Shown: piece by piece, positions 39,299-51,731 of the stretch | Layout: every line of letters begins with the position of its first letter | How positions within the stretch are numbered: the first letter of the stretch is position 1 | NCBI GenBank assembly: GCA_964016885.1 | Contig: OZ024740.1 | Span: forward strand, 46,004,001 to 46,068,000 | Length of the DNA stretch: 64,000 nucleotides | Direction of reading: 5' to 3' | Source of the DNA: Eledone cirrhosa | Lineage: Eukaryota | Notes under the pieces: model-generated | Databases searched by the model: none | The model's input: the letters and a program-made list of their open reading frames with translations, nothing else | Told to the model about the DNA's origin: nothing | Translations under genes and position numbers: made by a program

Positions 39299-39572
39299 AA
39301 CTACTCCTCCTGTCTTCTGATATCATGGATGTTTGGTTCTTATAGAATTCTAGTAAATAATCAGGAACTGATTATACAGAGCGGTTGCCGGTCAAGCAGA
39401 AATTGAAAATTAGAATTGGTGCTCTGAAATAGCTATATATATATGAATGTATATATAGTGAATTTTGCAATACACTGTATGCTTAATTAAAAGCATTTCG
39501 AAGACCTTATACTATTGTTTTAGAGTAGTGACAGACTCACTTACTTTAATTTTCAGCAAACAGGGGAGATAA

Positions 39573-39617
39573 AGCTGACAAGGCCCTGTTTCGCATTTAT
39601 TGATGCTTATCAAAGCC
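39573..39617 (-). ncRNA. Type I hammerhead ribozyme, U3:A8 variant (array unit 2)
   Basis: Minus strand: ggct TTGATAA gcat caataa atgc GAAA cagggccttg TC agct. Extended stem I tttcagcagac/gtttgctgaaa. Confidence 0.8.
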
Positions 39618-39758
39618 AACTCCTCCTCTTGTCTGCTGAAATCATGGATGTTTGGTTCTTATAGAATTCTAGTAAATAATCAGGAACTGATTATACAGAA
39701 CGGTTGCCGGTCAAGCAGAAATTGTAAATTAGAATTGGTGCTCTGAAATAGCTATATA

Positions 39759-41361
39759 CAGTGCCCCGCAAAAGTTTACAACACATTAGGAAAAATGCAG
39801 TTTTAGGTATTTTTAATAAAGTTAGGGTAATGAAAATTTAACTACTGATAGAACATATAATGAGGCATTTAATGATACAATTATATTTAAAAAAAAATAA
39901 CAAGGAAATAACACATGAAGAAAAATCAATATTTTTATAACGCAAAAGTTTACAACACATTTTATATTTATCGCTTTTTTCAAGAAAATTCTTAAATTTT
40001 CAGATTTAAAATTCAGTAGAATGTTCTAGATTAGGTTTAAGGTAACTTCTAAGGACTATTAAAAACATTGCATCATTATTTGTCTGACAACCATCCTGTA
40101 AACATTGACAACCGTCCTGTAAACATGGACAATATGGGGAAAAATAAACTGATTGATCAAGACCTCTGTAAACGCATTGTAGACCTTCATACAAATGGTG
40201 TTGGTTATAGAAAGATATCTTGTCAGTTAAATGTGCCATTGAATTCAGTTGGTACAATAATTCGTCACTGGAAATCTCATCATTCCATCTGTCCTCTAAT
40301 TAGTTCTGGTTGTCCTAGAAAGATAACGGAACGTGCAGCTCGGTTATTGACGAGAAAGGTTGGCAACGAACCCCGGTGTACTCTTAAAAATCTTCAGGAT
40401 GACCTAGAAGAAAGTGGAGTAAAAGTGAGCACAGATACAATTAGTCGTTCACTTCGTCGCTATAATATCTTCTCGAAGTCTCCAAGGAAAACACCACTTC
40501 TTACGAGGAAACACGTTCTTCGTCGATTAAACTTTTCAAATGAGCATCTCATCAAACCTGCGTCATTTTGGGAAGATGTACTTTAGTCGGACGAAACAAA
40601 AATTGAACATTTTGGTCGAAATGCTGTGGCAAAAGTCTGGAGAAAGAAAGGTACTGAATATTCGCTGAAGAATACTATTCCAACTGTAAAATTTGGAGGT
40701 GGATCAATCATGGTCTGGGGTTGCTTTAGTGCCACAGGAGTAGGAAATATTGAAATAATAGAAGGAAGAATGGGTGGCACTTATTATAGAGGTATTTTGC
40801 AAAGGAATTTACATCAAAGTGCACATTCTCTCAGCTTAAAGCCAGGTTGGTTTTTTCAACAAGATAACAATCCAAAGCATACTGCAAAGCTAACACAATC
40901 TTGGTTAAGTACGAATGGAACAAATGTTCTAAAATGACCATGTCAGTCTCCAGATCTTAACCCGATCGAAAATTTGTGGAGAGAATTCAAAAAAGGAAAC
41001 CCCAAAATATCCCTGAACTAAAGAAAATTTGTTGTGAAGAATGGATAAATATGAGCTAAGAAACATGCAAGAAGTTTGTAGGAGGCTACTCCAAACGCCC
41101 TACAGGCTGAATTTAGCAACAAAGGTTACGCTACGAAATATTAAGAGATGATTTAATAAATGTGTTGTAAACTTTTGCGTTATAAAAATATTGAGTTTTC
41201 TTCATGAGTTATTTCCTTGTTATTTTTTTAAAACTATGATTGTATCATTAAATGCCTCATTATATGTTCTATCGGTAGTTAAATTTTCACTACCCTAACT
41301 TTATTAAAAATACATAAAACCGCATTTTTCCTAATGTGTTGTAAACTTTTGCGGGGCACTC
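39759..41361 (+). mobile_element. Tc1-family DNA transposon (DD34E, IR/DR-type TIRs), full length but decayed
   Basis: TA-flanked ~200-bp TIRs starting cagtgccccgcaaaagtttacaacacat, with the internal direct repeat cgcaaaagtttacaacacat at ~39767 and 39941, mirrored at the right end. Confidence 0.95.
40134..41144 (+). pseudogene. Tc1 transposase pseudogene
   Basis: MGKNKLIDQDL...GYRKIS (paired-like HTH), VL*SDETK, GGSIMVWGCF, QQDNNPKH-(34 aa)-SPDLNPIENLW. Trp>stop at ~40584 and ~40935; frameshifts at the 3' end. Confidence 0.9.
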
Positions 41362-42251
41362 TATATATGAATGTATATATAGTGTATTTTGCAATACACT
41401 GTATGCTTAATTAAAAGCATTTCGAAGACCTTATGCTGTTGTTTTAGAGTAATGACAGACTCACTTTCTTTAATTTACAGCAAACAGGGGAGATAAAGCT
41501 GACAGGGCCCTGTTTCGACTTTATTGATGCTTATCAAAGCCAACTACTCCTCCTGTCTGCTGAAATCATGGATGTTTGGTTCTTATAGAATTCTAGTAAA
41601 TAATCAGGAACTGATTATACAGAGCGGTTGCCGGTCAAGCAGAAATTGAAAATTAGAATTGGTGCTCTGAAATAGCTATATATATATGAATGTATGTATA
41701 GTGCATTTTGCAATACATGTATGCTTAATTAAAAGCATTTCAAAGACCTTATACTATTGTTTTAGAGTAATGACAGACTCACTTTCTTTAATTTTCAGCA
41801 AACAGGGGAGATAAAGCTGACAGGACCCTGTTTCGCATTTATTGATGCTTAATCAGGAATTGATTATACAGAGTAGTGACAGACTCACTTACTTTAATTT
41901 TCAGCAAACAGGGGAGATAAAGCTGACAGGGCCATGTTTAGCATTTATTGATTCTTATCAAAGCCAACTACTCCTCCTGTCTGCTGTAATCATGGATGTT
42001 TGGTTCTTATAAGATTCTAGTAAATAATCAGGAACTGATTATACTGAGCTGTTGTCGGTCAAGCAGAAATTGTAAATTAGAATTGGTGCTCTGAAATAGC
42101 TATATATATATGAATGTATATATAGTGTATTTTGCAATACACTGTATGCATAATTAAAAGCATTTTGAAGACCTTATGCTGTTGTTTTAGAGTAATGACA
42201 GACTCACTTTCTTTAATTTTCAGCAAACAGGGGAGATAAAGCTGACAGGGC

Positions 42252-42828
42252 TTTAGCAGTATTGGTTATAGAGTAGTCGCCACTTTAACAGGGTAGATGA
42301 TTGAAGGTCGTTAGTTGCCAGTGTGGTAAGTGATAGTATCCTCGTTGGATTATCTTGTTGACATAGACGTGAGGGAAGGTCCCTCGATCTATTTACCATC
42401 TATTTACAATATTCCTTTCGTCAGGTCGCCAATTCCAGCAGCATGGATTATAGATGTTATTGAGACACGAGTAACATAATAATGATTTCAACAGCAGTAA
42501 TTAGAGATGAAATGTTTGTTTATTTTTGATGTAGTACAAACAATGTTTGTTAACTTATATGGTTGAAGTTACAGATAAAAAGAGGTTACAAAAGGGAATG
42601 TGCCATTGCGCCGTTAAGCCGGCGAGGCTAGGGTGCAAATCTCACCGTTACATTATGCGTGTTGCTGGCTTGAAGTTTCCGGTACAAGAGAGAGATTCTT
42701 CAAATCTTCGCGGGGAATTTCTTCCTCAGGGCGCGTAGGGATACATCCTCTTCTACTGGCGCTGATTGGCTGAACTGAGCCAAATCACGCACAGAGAATG
42801 TATGTAAGCCCGCGGAATGTAGGTCACT
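42252..42828. mobile_element. Unclassified 577-bp insertion with a 7-bp target duplication (acagggc)
   Basis: acagggc at 42245-42251 and 42829-42835; the array unit resumes exactly; no TIRs or long ORF seen. Confidence 0.65.
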
Positions 42829-43590
42829 ACAGGGCCCTGTTTCGCATTTATTGATGCTTATCAAAGCCAACTAATCCTCCTGTCTGCTGAAATCATGGAT
42901 GTTTGGTTCTTATAGAATTCTAGTAAATAATCAGGAACTGATTATACAGAGCGGTTGCCGGTCAAGCAGAAATTGTAAATTAGAATTGGTGCTCTGAAAT
43001 AGCTATATATATATGAATGTATGTATAGTGCATTTTGCAATACACTGTATGCTTAATTAAAAGCATTTCGAAGACCTTATACTATTATTTTAGAGTAGTG
43101 ACAGTCTCACTTACTTTAATTTTCAACAAACAGGGGAGATAAAGCTGACAGGGCCATGTTTAGCATTTATTGATGCTTATCAAAGCCAACTCCTCCTCCA
43201 GTCTGCTGATATCATGGATGTTTGGTTCTTATAGAATTCTAGTAAATAATCAGGAACTGATTATACAGAGCGGTTGCCGGTCAAGCAGAAATTGAAAATT
43301 GGGAGTCTGTCACTACTCTAAACAATAGCATAATGTCTTCGAAATGCTTTTAATTAAGCATACAGTGTATTGCAAAATACACTATATATACATTCTTATA
43401 TATATAGCTATTTCAGAGCACCAATTCTACTTTATATATATATATATATATAAGTTTATCCCTGGTTCAATCGGGGTACCACAGTAAGTAAGGTACTCAA
43501 TACATAGCAGAGTATAAATATTTAATATAGAAATCATCAGGCTTCCTGATGATTTCTCCCGAATGACACAGTTCTAGTCCAGTAGAAACC

Positions 43591-43673
<83 letters not shown>

Positions 43674-43681
43674 CCCCCCCC

Positions 43682-43744
<63 letters not shown>

Positions 43745-43745
<1 letters not shown>

Positions 43746-44099
43746 TAAAATAACAGATTAAAGTTTAAGCAAAGAATCGCTGCTTTCACCATTAACGGGA
43801 TCTTCTGAAACTAAAAACGTTTAGTTTCAGAAGATCCTGCAGCGATTCTTTGCTTAAACTTTAATCTGTTATTTAAAACAATATTTGCTCTACGGCTTTT
43901 ATATATTTGTGTATATATTTTTATATATATTTTTATATATATAAAAATTTATTTTATATATTTATGTATAATTTATATATATATATATAATTTATATATA
44001 TATTTATATATAATTTATATATAATTTATATATAATTTTATATATTTTTATATTATTGTCGAGCCCTCTTCGGATTTTAGTCTTCACATTTATTATTAT

Positions 44100-44105
<6 letters not shown>
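43745..44105. mobile_element. Short foldback copy of the CAGAAGA-hammerhead element (family of 46076)
   Basis: aaataacagattaaagtttaagcaaagaatcgctgc... and its inverse; shares the downstream tttgctctacgg and tcgagccctct segments with 46470-46560. Confidence 0.7.
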
Positions 44106-44143
<38 letters not shown>

Positions 44144-44570
44144 AAAAAACATTGACATATACATAAATATATCAAACTTTAACATGAGATAATTTGAAAA
44201 GGATGTAAGAACATATAATTACAAAAGGCGGCATATCTAAATTTAACAAAAATCTAAATTCCTGACATTCACTAATTATTTATAACCTCTCATTCATATT
44301 CTATTATTGCTTAAGAATATGTTTCACCAATTAAATGGCGAAGTTCAATAGCCGATTTTTTATGGACCACCAGTGAAATGAAAATCAATCCATGATATTA
44401 CTCATATAAAACAAATCCGGAACTGACGAAAAACGCACATGGTTTTTAGAACAAACATCTACGTCCAAGCATTGTTCTGGTGACGTGAAAGATATATTGA
44501 TAACTAGAAAATAGCAGCCAAAATATTTCAAAAATATAAAGCTCTACTAAAAATATATTTTATTTAGGTA

Positions 44571-44751
44571 TAATAATTGTTTCTACTTTTGGCACAAGGC
44601 CAGCAATTACCCAGTACATTACTTGTACTTTATTTTATCCACCCCGTAAGGATGAAAGTTAACCTCGGCAGGATTTGAACTCAGAATGGCAAAGGTCGTA
44701 ACTCTATGCGTCAAAGCATGGCGTCCGATCCTCTACCGATACTGCCAATCC
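44571..44751 (-). mobile_element. tRNA-derived SINE family 1
   Basis: Reverse complement of 59307-59490, including A and B boxes. Confidence 0.85.
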
Positions 44752-44985
44752 AATGAAAGTAAAACTCTTCAGTAAGCCTTGTCTAACAAAATTAACATTT
44801 TCAGCTTTTTCAAGAAAATTCAAACAAAATGTCTTGTCTTAATAACGACGTCAAGAAGGTGACTAATTTTACATAAAAAAACGCACATGTATATTAGAAA
44901 AAAACCCATGTTTGACGTTAAAAACCTGGGGGTTAAGAGGTAAGGTAAAAGTAGGTCACGTATATATATTTAAATATATATATAT

Positions 44986-45048
<63 letters not shown>

Positions 45049-45113
45049 AAATACCCATTTGACACACATCGCTGCTGGCCATTGTCGCAGCATCGAACAC
45101 CTTACTACTACTA

Positions 45114-45183
<70 letters not shown>

Positions 45184-45242
45184 ACACACACACACATACA
45201 CACACACACACACATATTTGTTGTGAAAGAGTCATTTCTCAA

Positions 45243-45470
45243 TCTTGGCGCAAAACCAATTTTTTATTCACATGACCTCTACCGACCAATCAAAATTGTT
45301 TTGACCAAGAATTTTTGCTGGAGCCACTTTTTTTAACATAAAAACAGTCTTGGCGCAAAATCAACTTTTTACATTCACATGACCTCTACCGACCAATCAA
45401 AATTGTTTTGACCACAAGAATTTTTGCAACACAAAAATAACGCTGGAGCCACTTTTTAACATAAAAACAG
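45243..45470. repeat. Two-copy ~105-bp tandem duplication
   Basis: tcttggcgcaaaa...attcacatgacctctaccgaccaatcaaaattgttttgacca occurs twice. Confidence 0.8.
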
Positions 45471-45729
45471 GTAGAATTCCCAAAACTAATCAGATCAGAG
45501 CAAACAGCACGGACACTCTATCTCAAAATTATTTTTGAAAAGCATTTAGAAATGCGCAACCGGTAAAAACTTAAAAACTTAAAACCACAACTGAATACTA
45601 ACCCATACAATCACTAATACTCTTTTATTCCTAATTAAACCATTTTTCAACTGTGAACAATTTGTCAGCATTTTCTATTCCGTTTACCAATATATATATA
45701 TATATATATATTTATATACATATGAATTA

Positions 45730-45960
45730 GGATTGCTGCTCTGAAATAGCGATGCATAAATGAATGTATTATGTATATTTGGCAATACACCATAATATGT
45801 TTAATTAAAAACATTTAGAAGACCTCTCTCCCTTCTTTCGCCGAAAGTAAGTGACATAGTCACTACTTTAAAACTGATAGCGTATGGTCTTCTAAATGTT
45901 TTTAAATTAAACATATGGTGTATTGCCAAATATACTATACATACATTCATATATACATAT
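45730..45960. repeat. Diverged, folded-back relative of the 320-bp array unit
   Basis: gctctgaaatagc...gcaatacacc...ttaattaaaaacattt.gaagacc followed by the inverse gtcactact...ggtcttctaaatg...gtgtattgc. Confidence 0.6.
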
Positions 45961-46075
45961 ATATATATAAACGTTTGTATATGTATAATAAAGCCAAAAC
46001 AATGCAGGTATGGACATAGAATAAAGAATGCAAATGCAAAAGATATTGTTGACAATTAGTCTTTTACCTTAGATT

Positions 46076-46560
46076 TATTAAAATAACAGATTAAAGTTTA
46101 AGCAAAGAATCGCTGCTTTCACTCTTAACGGGATCTTCTGAAACTAAAAAAGTCAATCTGTGAACGCAGAAGTGGATATTTCAAAAAACGTTGCAGTCGG
46201 AGGAAGACAGGAAGACGACACTTTGGTTCGTGGAAACGTTCCCTGGCAAAGAACGGGAAAAAACGAAGATAATACGTCATTTTTCCCGTTCTTTGCCAGG
46301 GAACGTTTCCACGAACCAAAGTATCCTCTTCCTGTCTTCCTCCGGCTGCAACGTTTTTTGAAATATTTACTTCTGCGTTCACAGATTGACTTTTTTAGTT
46401 TCAGAAGATCCCGTTATGGGTGAAAGCAGCGATTCTTTGCTTAAACTTTAATCTGTTATTTTAATAAATATTTGCTCTACGGTTCTTATATATTTGATAT
46501 ATATTTATCCTTATCGAGCCCTCTTTGGATTTTAGTCTTCAAATTTATTATTATTACTAT
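46076..46560. mobile_element. Foldback element with ~190-bp inverted arms carrying CAGAAGA-core hammerhead-like motifs
   Basis: 46076-46262 is the reverse complement of 46280-46467; followed by (TA)n. Confidence 0.75.
46397..46447 (+). ncRNA. Type I hammerhead-like motif, U4A variant
   Basis: agttt CAGAAGA tccc gttat gggt GAAA gca gcgattctt tgc TT aaact; distal stem I acagattga/ttaatctgt. Minus-strand copies at 46095-46145 and 43762-43812. Confidence 0.55.
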
Positions 46561-46566
46561 ATATAT

Positions 46567-46768
<202 letters not shown>

Positions 46769-46780
46769 GGAACAAGTAAA

Positions 46781-46874
46781 ACCCCGACGGCTGAGCTCAA
46801 GCCGTTTCGACGGCTAATTCTGGACTGAATGAAAATTTATTCTGGTATTTAAATAGCCGAGCTTATCAGGGGGT
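46781..46874 (-). ncRNA. Type I hammerhead at the 3' end of the Penelope element (core CUGAUAA)
   Basis: Minus strand: acccc CTGATAA g ct cggcta...tagccg t c GAAA cggct tgagctc agccg TC ggggt. Confidence 0.7.
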
Positions 46875-48054
46875 AATTCCATATATGGTCAAAGAGACAA
46901 TCACGAGGATTGGTCACATCACAAGTTAGTAGTAAATCTGTGATGGCAAATTGGTGGGGGAAGGGGTAGCTAAACCTGCCGGTAGGAGAAAAAGGGAGAG
47001 GGGTGGAGTAGACCCATTCATGCGTTGGTAGTGCCGGCTACAGCTGGGCTTGAGGTCAAATGGATACTGGGGAGGGGGAGGAGGAGGAAGTCGAAACGGT
47101 AAGTAGAACAATGATGGGTAAAACTATAAACAGTACTGAGAGAGAAAAAAAAAATAAGCAAAGTCTGGTTACTAAGACTTAAGTCCCTCGCTATTGCTAG
47201 GCTAAAGAAATACATAAATAAATAAATAAACAAATACCTGAATAAAAGAATAGATAAATAAATCTTTTAAAAATATATAATGAAGATTAAAAAAATAAAT
47301 AATAATAATAAAAATAAACTAGGTGGGACGGAAATAAAGGGACCCTTATACGAGGTATAAGTGCGTGTATCGTACGGTGACGGGTCAACAAAGGGGGGGG
47401 GGGGAAATACTAAAGAGACTGCCACGAAATAATAAAGGTTTCTACCCCAATCACAGGGCCAGCAACCACCCAGTGCAAGAAAGTAAACTAGTACGAGAAT
47501 ATAATTCAGGGTCCCGCAAAAAAATACTAGTGCTAACTCTAAGGGTACCGCCACGAAACAAAAAGTCTTATACACGCTACATGAAAGATCGTACGAAGTA
47601 AAAGTAAAGAACGGAAAATTAATACAGAAAGACCCCCCCCCCCCCCCCCCCCCCCCAAAAAAAAAGGGGAAAAGAAGAAAGAATTACTGGATAAACGAGA
47701 AATTAAAGCAAAGATGCCACTAAGAAATATAGAAGGCACGGAAAAAAGGGACAGCGGTCGGAGAAGGGGGCAAGTATCCGAAGTCTAACACCTCTGCTAT
47801 AAAAAGCGGAGTCAGCCAAATCTATCATAGAATAGGGGAAGGGGGTGGGGGTGCTGAAGCTACAAGGGACCGAGGGGCTACCTCGGGTGGGCGAGAAAAA
47901 GACGACGACAAAGAAAAGGAACTGGGGTAGAAGGACTAGGGAGGGATGGGGGGAGGAAGGAAATATAGAGGAAGCGATAAAAGAATGTAAAAGAAGATCT
48001 TACGTCTCCATTGACAAGCAGGGGTTACCCATTACAAAATAGGCAAGTGGGGTG

Positions 48055-48470
48055 TTATAGCCCTAGTCTACCCCCCCCCCCCGGGTCACTATGGGGTTTG
48101 AGGGCGAGGTAAGTCCTACGTAATCGGTGTTTACATGCAGTAACCAGTTCATCTTTCTTGTTTAGGAGTTGGTCCGTCGAAAACAGCATTTGTAAAGTTT
48201 CCTCCGAGCATAAATTGCACGGACGGCGTCCTCCCGTGTAAGAGTTGGCTCTGGACAGTAATTCCCAAGTGAGATCATAGTTGATGTTGTTGTCCTTGAG
48301 GTCCCATATGTGGCCCGAAAGTGAGGTGGCGTAACGCCGGGCCGGGTTTCGGAAGGTATGTCTGTGTTGGTATAGCCGGGTCTTGAAGTCACATGCGGTT
48401 AATCCTATATAAGCTTTGTTGGAGGTGTCCGTGCTCACGTTGCACTGGTAGATCACATTACGGTCTCTGC
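48055..48470 (-). pseudogene. Penelope GIY-YIG endonuclease domain (C-terminal fragment)
   Basis: VIYQCNV...KAYIGLT..DFKTRLYQHRHTF...TSLSGHIWDLK...LTWELL...CNLCSEE...LLNKKDEL..CKH. Confidence 0.85.
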
Positions 48471-49183
48471 ATGGAGACGTAAGATCTTCTTTTACATTCT
48501 TTTATCGCTTCCTCTATATTTCCTTCCTCCCCCCATCCCTCCCTAGTCCTTCTACCCCAGTTCCTTTTCTTTGTCGTCGTCTTTTTCTCGCCCACCCGAG
48601 GTAGCCCCTCGGTCCCTTGTAGCTTCAGCACCCCAGCCTCTTCCCCTATTCTATGATAGATTTGGCTGACTCCGCTTTTTATAGCAGAGGTGTTAGACTT
48701 CGGATACTTGCCCCCTTCTCCGACCGCTGTCCCTTTTTTCCGTGCCTTCTATATTTCTTAGTGGCATCTTTGCTTTAATTTCTCGTTTATCCAGTATATC
48801 TTTCTTCTTTTTCCCTTTTTTTTTGGGGGGGGGGGGGGTGTTTCTGTATTAATTTTCCGTTCTTTACTTTTACTTCGTACGATCTTTCATGTAGCGTGTA
48901 TAAGACTTTTTGTTGCGTGGCGGTACCCTTAGAGTTAGAACTAGTATTTTTTTGCGGGACCCTGAATTATATTCTCGTACTAGTTTACTTTCTTGCACTG
49001 GGTGGTTGCTGGCCCTGTGATTGGGGTAGAAACCTTTATTATTTCGTGGCAGTCTCTTTAGTATTTTGCCCTGGAAAAAGATGAGTATTGACGTATATGT
49101 ACGTCAATACTCATCTTTTTCCATTTCTCCGAGGGTTCTTAACCCCACTATCAGGCTAAATAATTTCTTTAGTCAAAATACGG

Positions 49184-49227
<44 letters not shown>

Positions 49228-49554
49228 AATGAAGAATTAGAAATAGAAGCCAGGAATATCCGTCATCAGTGGTCTACTAGCCATCATAGGTATTTCTTCG
49301 CATTACAGACCATATAGCTCAAGCTAGGGCGATACAATAACTAAATCAAGTTATTGGGATAAAAAGAGTTGGGTGGAGAAAGAGAGACAGGTAAACAAAC
49401 ACGAATAGTGAGGCAACGTAAAGAGAAGAAAAATGAGAAAATCAAGTCAATAATTCATTTTGAACATAAGAACTTGCGAATATTGACGAGAAGGCAAAGA
49501 CACATCTTGGCCGTGCGGATGTGAGCGGGGAAAGAATCTCGTATATATATATGA

Positions 49555-50480
49555 AAAAAAGGAAAAGAATGACTTCAATTGTAGTGTTAAAAAAGTTTTA
49601 GGATTTAATGTTATAATATAATGAGTTGGTAGATCCAGTAAGATCTTTGTTAACTTCGGTGGAAGAATTTTAGAGATTCATGGTTAACTTGGGTTGGAGA
49701 ACTTTCTCGCATTCGTCTATCTGTGGCGATTGTCAAAATGAGATCAGGTTGTGTTGAAATGTGTGACTATAAGAGAGATTTGGATATGTCTGGGGTGTGG
49801 CATGTGGTGTTAATGAGTGTTGATGATGATGAAGGTCCTGAGGAATTAAAGTATACATACATCCCATTCTTATCAAAAGACATGTATCTTACACCTCATT
49901 AAAACCCAGACAAGCACCTAAATTCATCTTTGATATAGAAATTTGTAGAAGATATTCTTTAAGGATTTGGAAGAGTTGATTCAGCTATGCCATTATAAAC
50001 TCATCAAAGGTCAGCTAATGAAATAAAACCAGCAGGAGAGTAGGTTTACGACCACCTTCTCAAACACCCTTATCTTACAACCTCACCATTTTCTGAGTGT
50101 ATATATATGTGTGTGTGTCTATTGTGACACCCTATATATGTGTGTGTGTGTGTGTGTGTACTTTAATTCCTCCAGACCTTCATCAACATCAACACTCATT
50201 AACACCACACGCCACACAACATACACATCCAAATGTCTCTTATATATAGTCACACATTTCAACACAACCTGATCTCAATTTGACAATCGCCACCGACAGA
50301 CGAATGCGAAAAAGTTCTCCAACCCAAGTTAACCAGGAATCTCTAAAATTCTTCCCACCGAAGTTAACAAAGAACTTACTGGATCTACCAACTCATAATA
50401 TTATAATATTATATTATAACATTAAATCATAAAACATTTTTAACACTACAAGTGAAGTCATTCTTTTCCTTTTTTTCAAA
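49555..50480. repeat. Diverged ~300-bp inverted repeat pair (49555-49855 / 50158-50480)
   Basis: For example gagttggtagatccagtaag vs cttactggatctaccaactc. Confidence 0.75.
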
Positions 50481-50504
50481 TATACCAACTGTACCAAGGA
50501 TGAA

Positions 50505-50614
<110 letters not shown>

Positions 50615-50670
50615 GAAATTTAACAAAGGAATATAATCCATGGGGATTATATTCCTTTGTTAAATTTCGA

Positions 50671-50728
50671 ATACCTGATGATGTCACCGGATTCATATTG
50701 AACCCGGTCATTGAAATGTTCATAGTAT
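50671..50728 (+). ncRNA. Minimal type I hammerhead-like motif preceded by a ~60-bp palindrome (50610-50673)
   Basis: atac CTGATGA tgtc accgg...ccggt catt GAAA tg tt ca TA gtat; lies between (TA)n tracts. Confidence 0.55.
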
Positions 50729-50869
50729 AATAAACCTTTAAGGAATTACACCAGTCCAGCCTCCTGTTATTTTATAATATATATATATATGGGAGGAGGG
50801 CGATAAAAAACGCACGGTAGTGTATTTAAAAATTGTTTAATTTTATATTAATATATTTCTATATTTGAA

Positions 50870-51140
50870 CAATATTAGATATCACAGCTCCGATACTATG
50901 GGCATGTAGTTCGAATGTCCCAGGAAAGAATAGGTGGACAGATTTTACGGGTAAAACCAGCCGGCAAGCAAGAGACCCTGAGCAAGATGGTTGGATAACA
51001 TTCATGAGCTTGGCAGGTCTCGCTTGGGGATCCAGCCGGATCAGTTGGAGACGTTTGCTTCTGACAGGACCTGCTGGAAGGAGTGTCTGAGGACTCTGTC
51101 CCCAATTTCCTCTCAGGAATAAATGGGCGAAGAAGAAGAA
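50870..51140 (+). mobile_element. RTE-type LINE 3' fragment
   Basis: Translates QLRYYGHVVRMSQER...RP..RWLDNI, typical of RTE C-termini. Confidence 0.55.
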
Positions 51141-51217
51141 CCCTAACTATTTTCGGTCACTTTTTGCTGTTCAAAATAGATAGTGTCTATTGTGACACCC
51201 TATATATGTGTGTGTGT

Positions 51218-51299
<82 letters not shown>

Positions 51300-51583
51300 G
51301 CGCGCGCGCGTGTGAGTGTGTATGTGTGGTGTGTGTGTATTTCTGGGCCATTTCCCGTCATTAATACTATATATTTTCAATAGTTCAATCGATTAGCAGA
51401 GAGGCATACAGTCCTGATGAAGAGAAATGACCCAGAAACATATTGATTGTTCCTCGATGCTACTGTTGAACAAACACATGACGATAGTCATCAAAACACT
51501 GCATAGCATAGTAAGGCTGCTTGCTTGCCAACGAATCGAATATTGTTATTATTATTCGATAAACCCATATTTACACACACACA

Positions 51584-51621
<38 letters not shown>

Positions 51622-51659
51622 TTCAAAATATTAATAAATATAGACATTCATGTAATCAA

Positions 51660-51731
51660 ATATATTTTATTATATATATTTCGGAGGTACTGTGCTGTTT
51701 CCTCAGTATGTCCTCATCAGATAAAATATAT
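51660..51731 (-). ncRNA. Canonical minimal type I hammerhead ribozyme
   Basis: Minus strand: atatattttat CTGATGA gga ca tactg...cagta cc tcc GAAA tatata TA ataaaatatat. 11-bp stem I, palindromic stem III, AUA site. Confidence 0.75.

Larger units (their letters stand above)
46769..49066 (-). mobile_element. Penelope-like retroelement, 5'-truncated with an inverted segment
   Basis: GIY-YIG ORF at 48055-48456, long 3' region ending in a hammerhead next to (TA)n. 48472-49066 is an inverted duplicate of ~47405-48010. Confidence 0.85.

Noticed and set aside
43529-43600. CTGATGA within a small inverted repeat (similar isolated hits at ~49263, ~51415, ~54300 and ~61565)
   Set aside because: No complete GAAA/stem III/stem I could be assembled; possibly decayed remnants.
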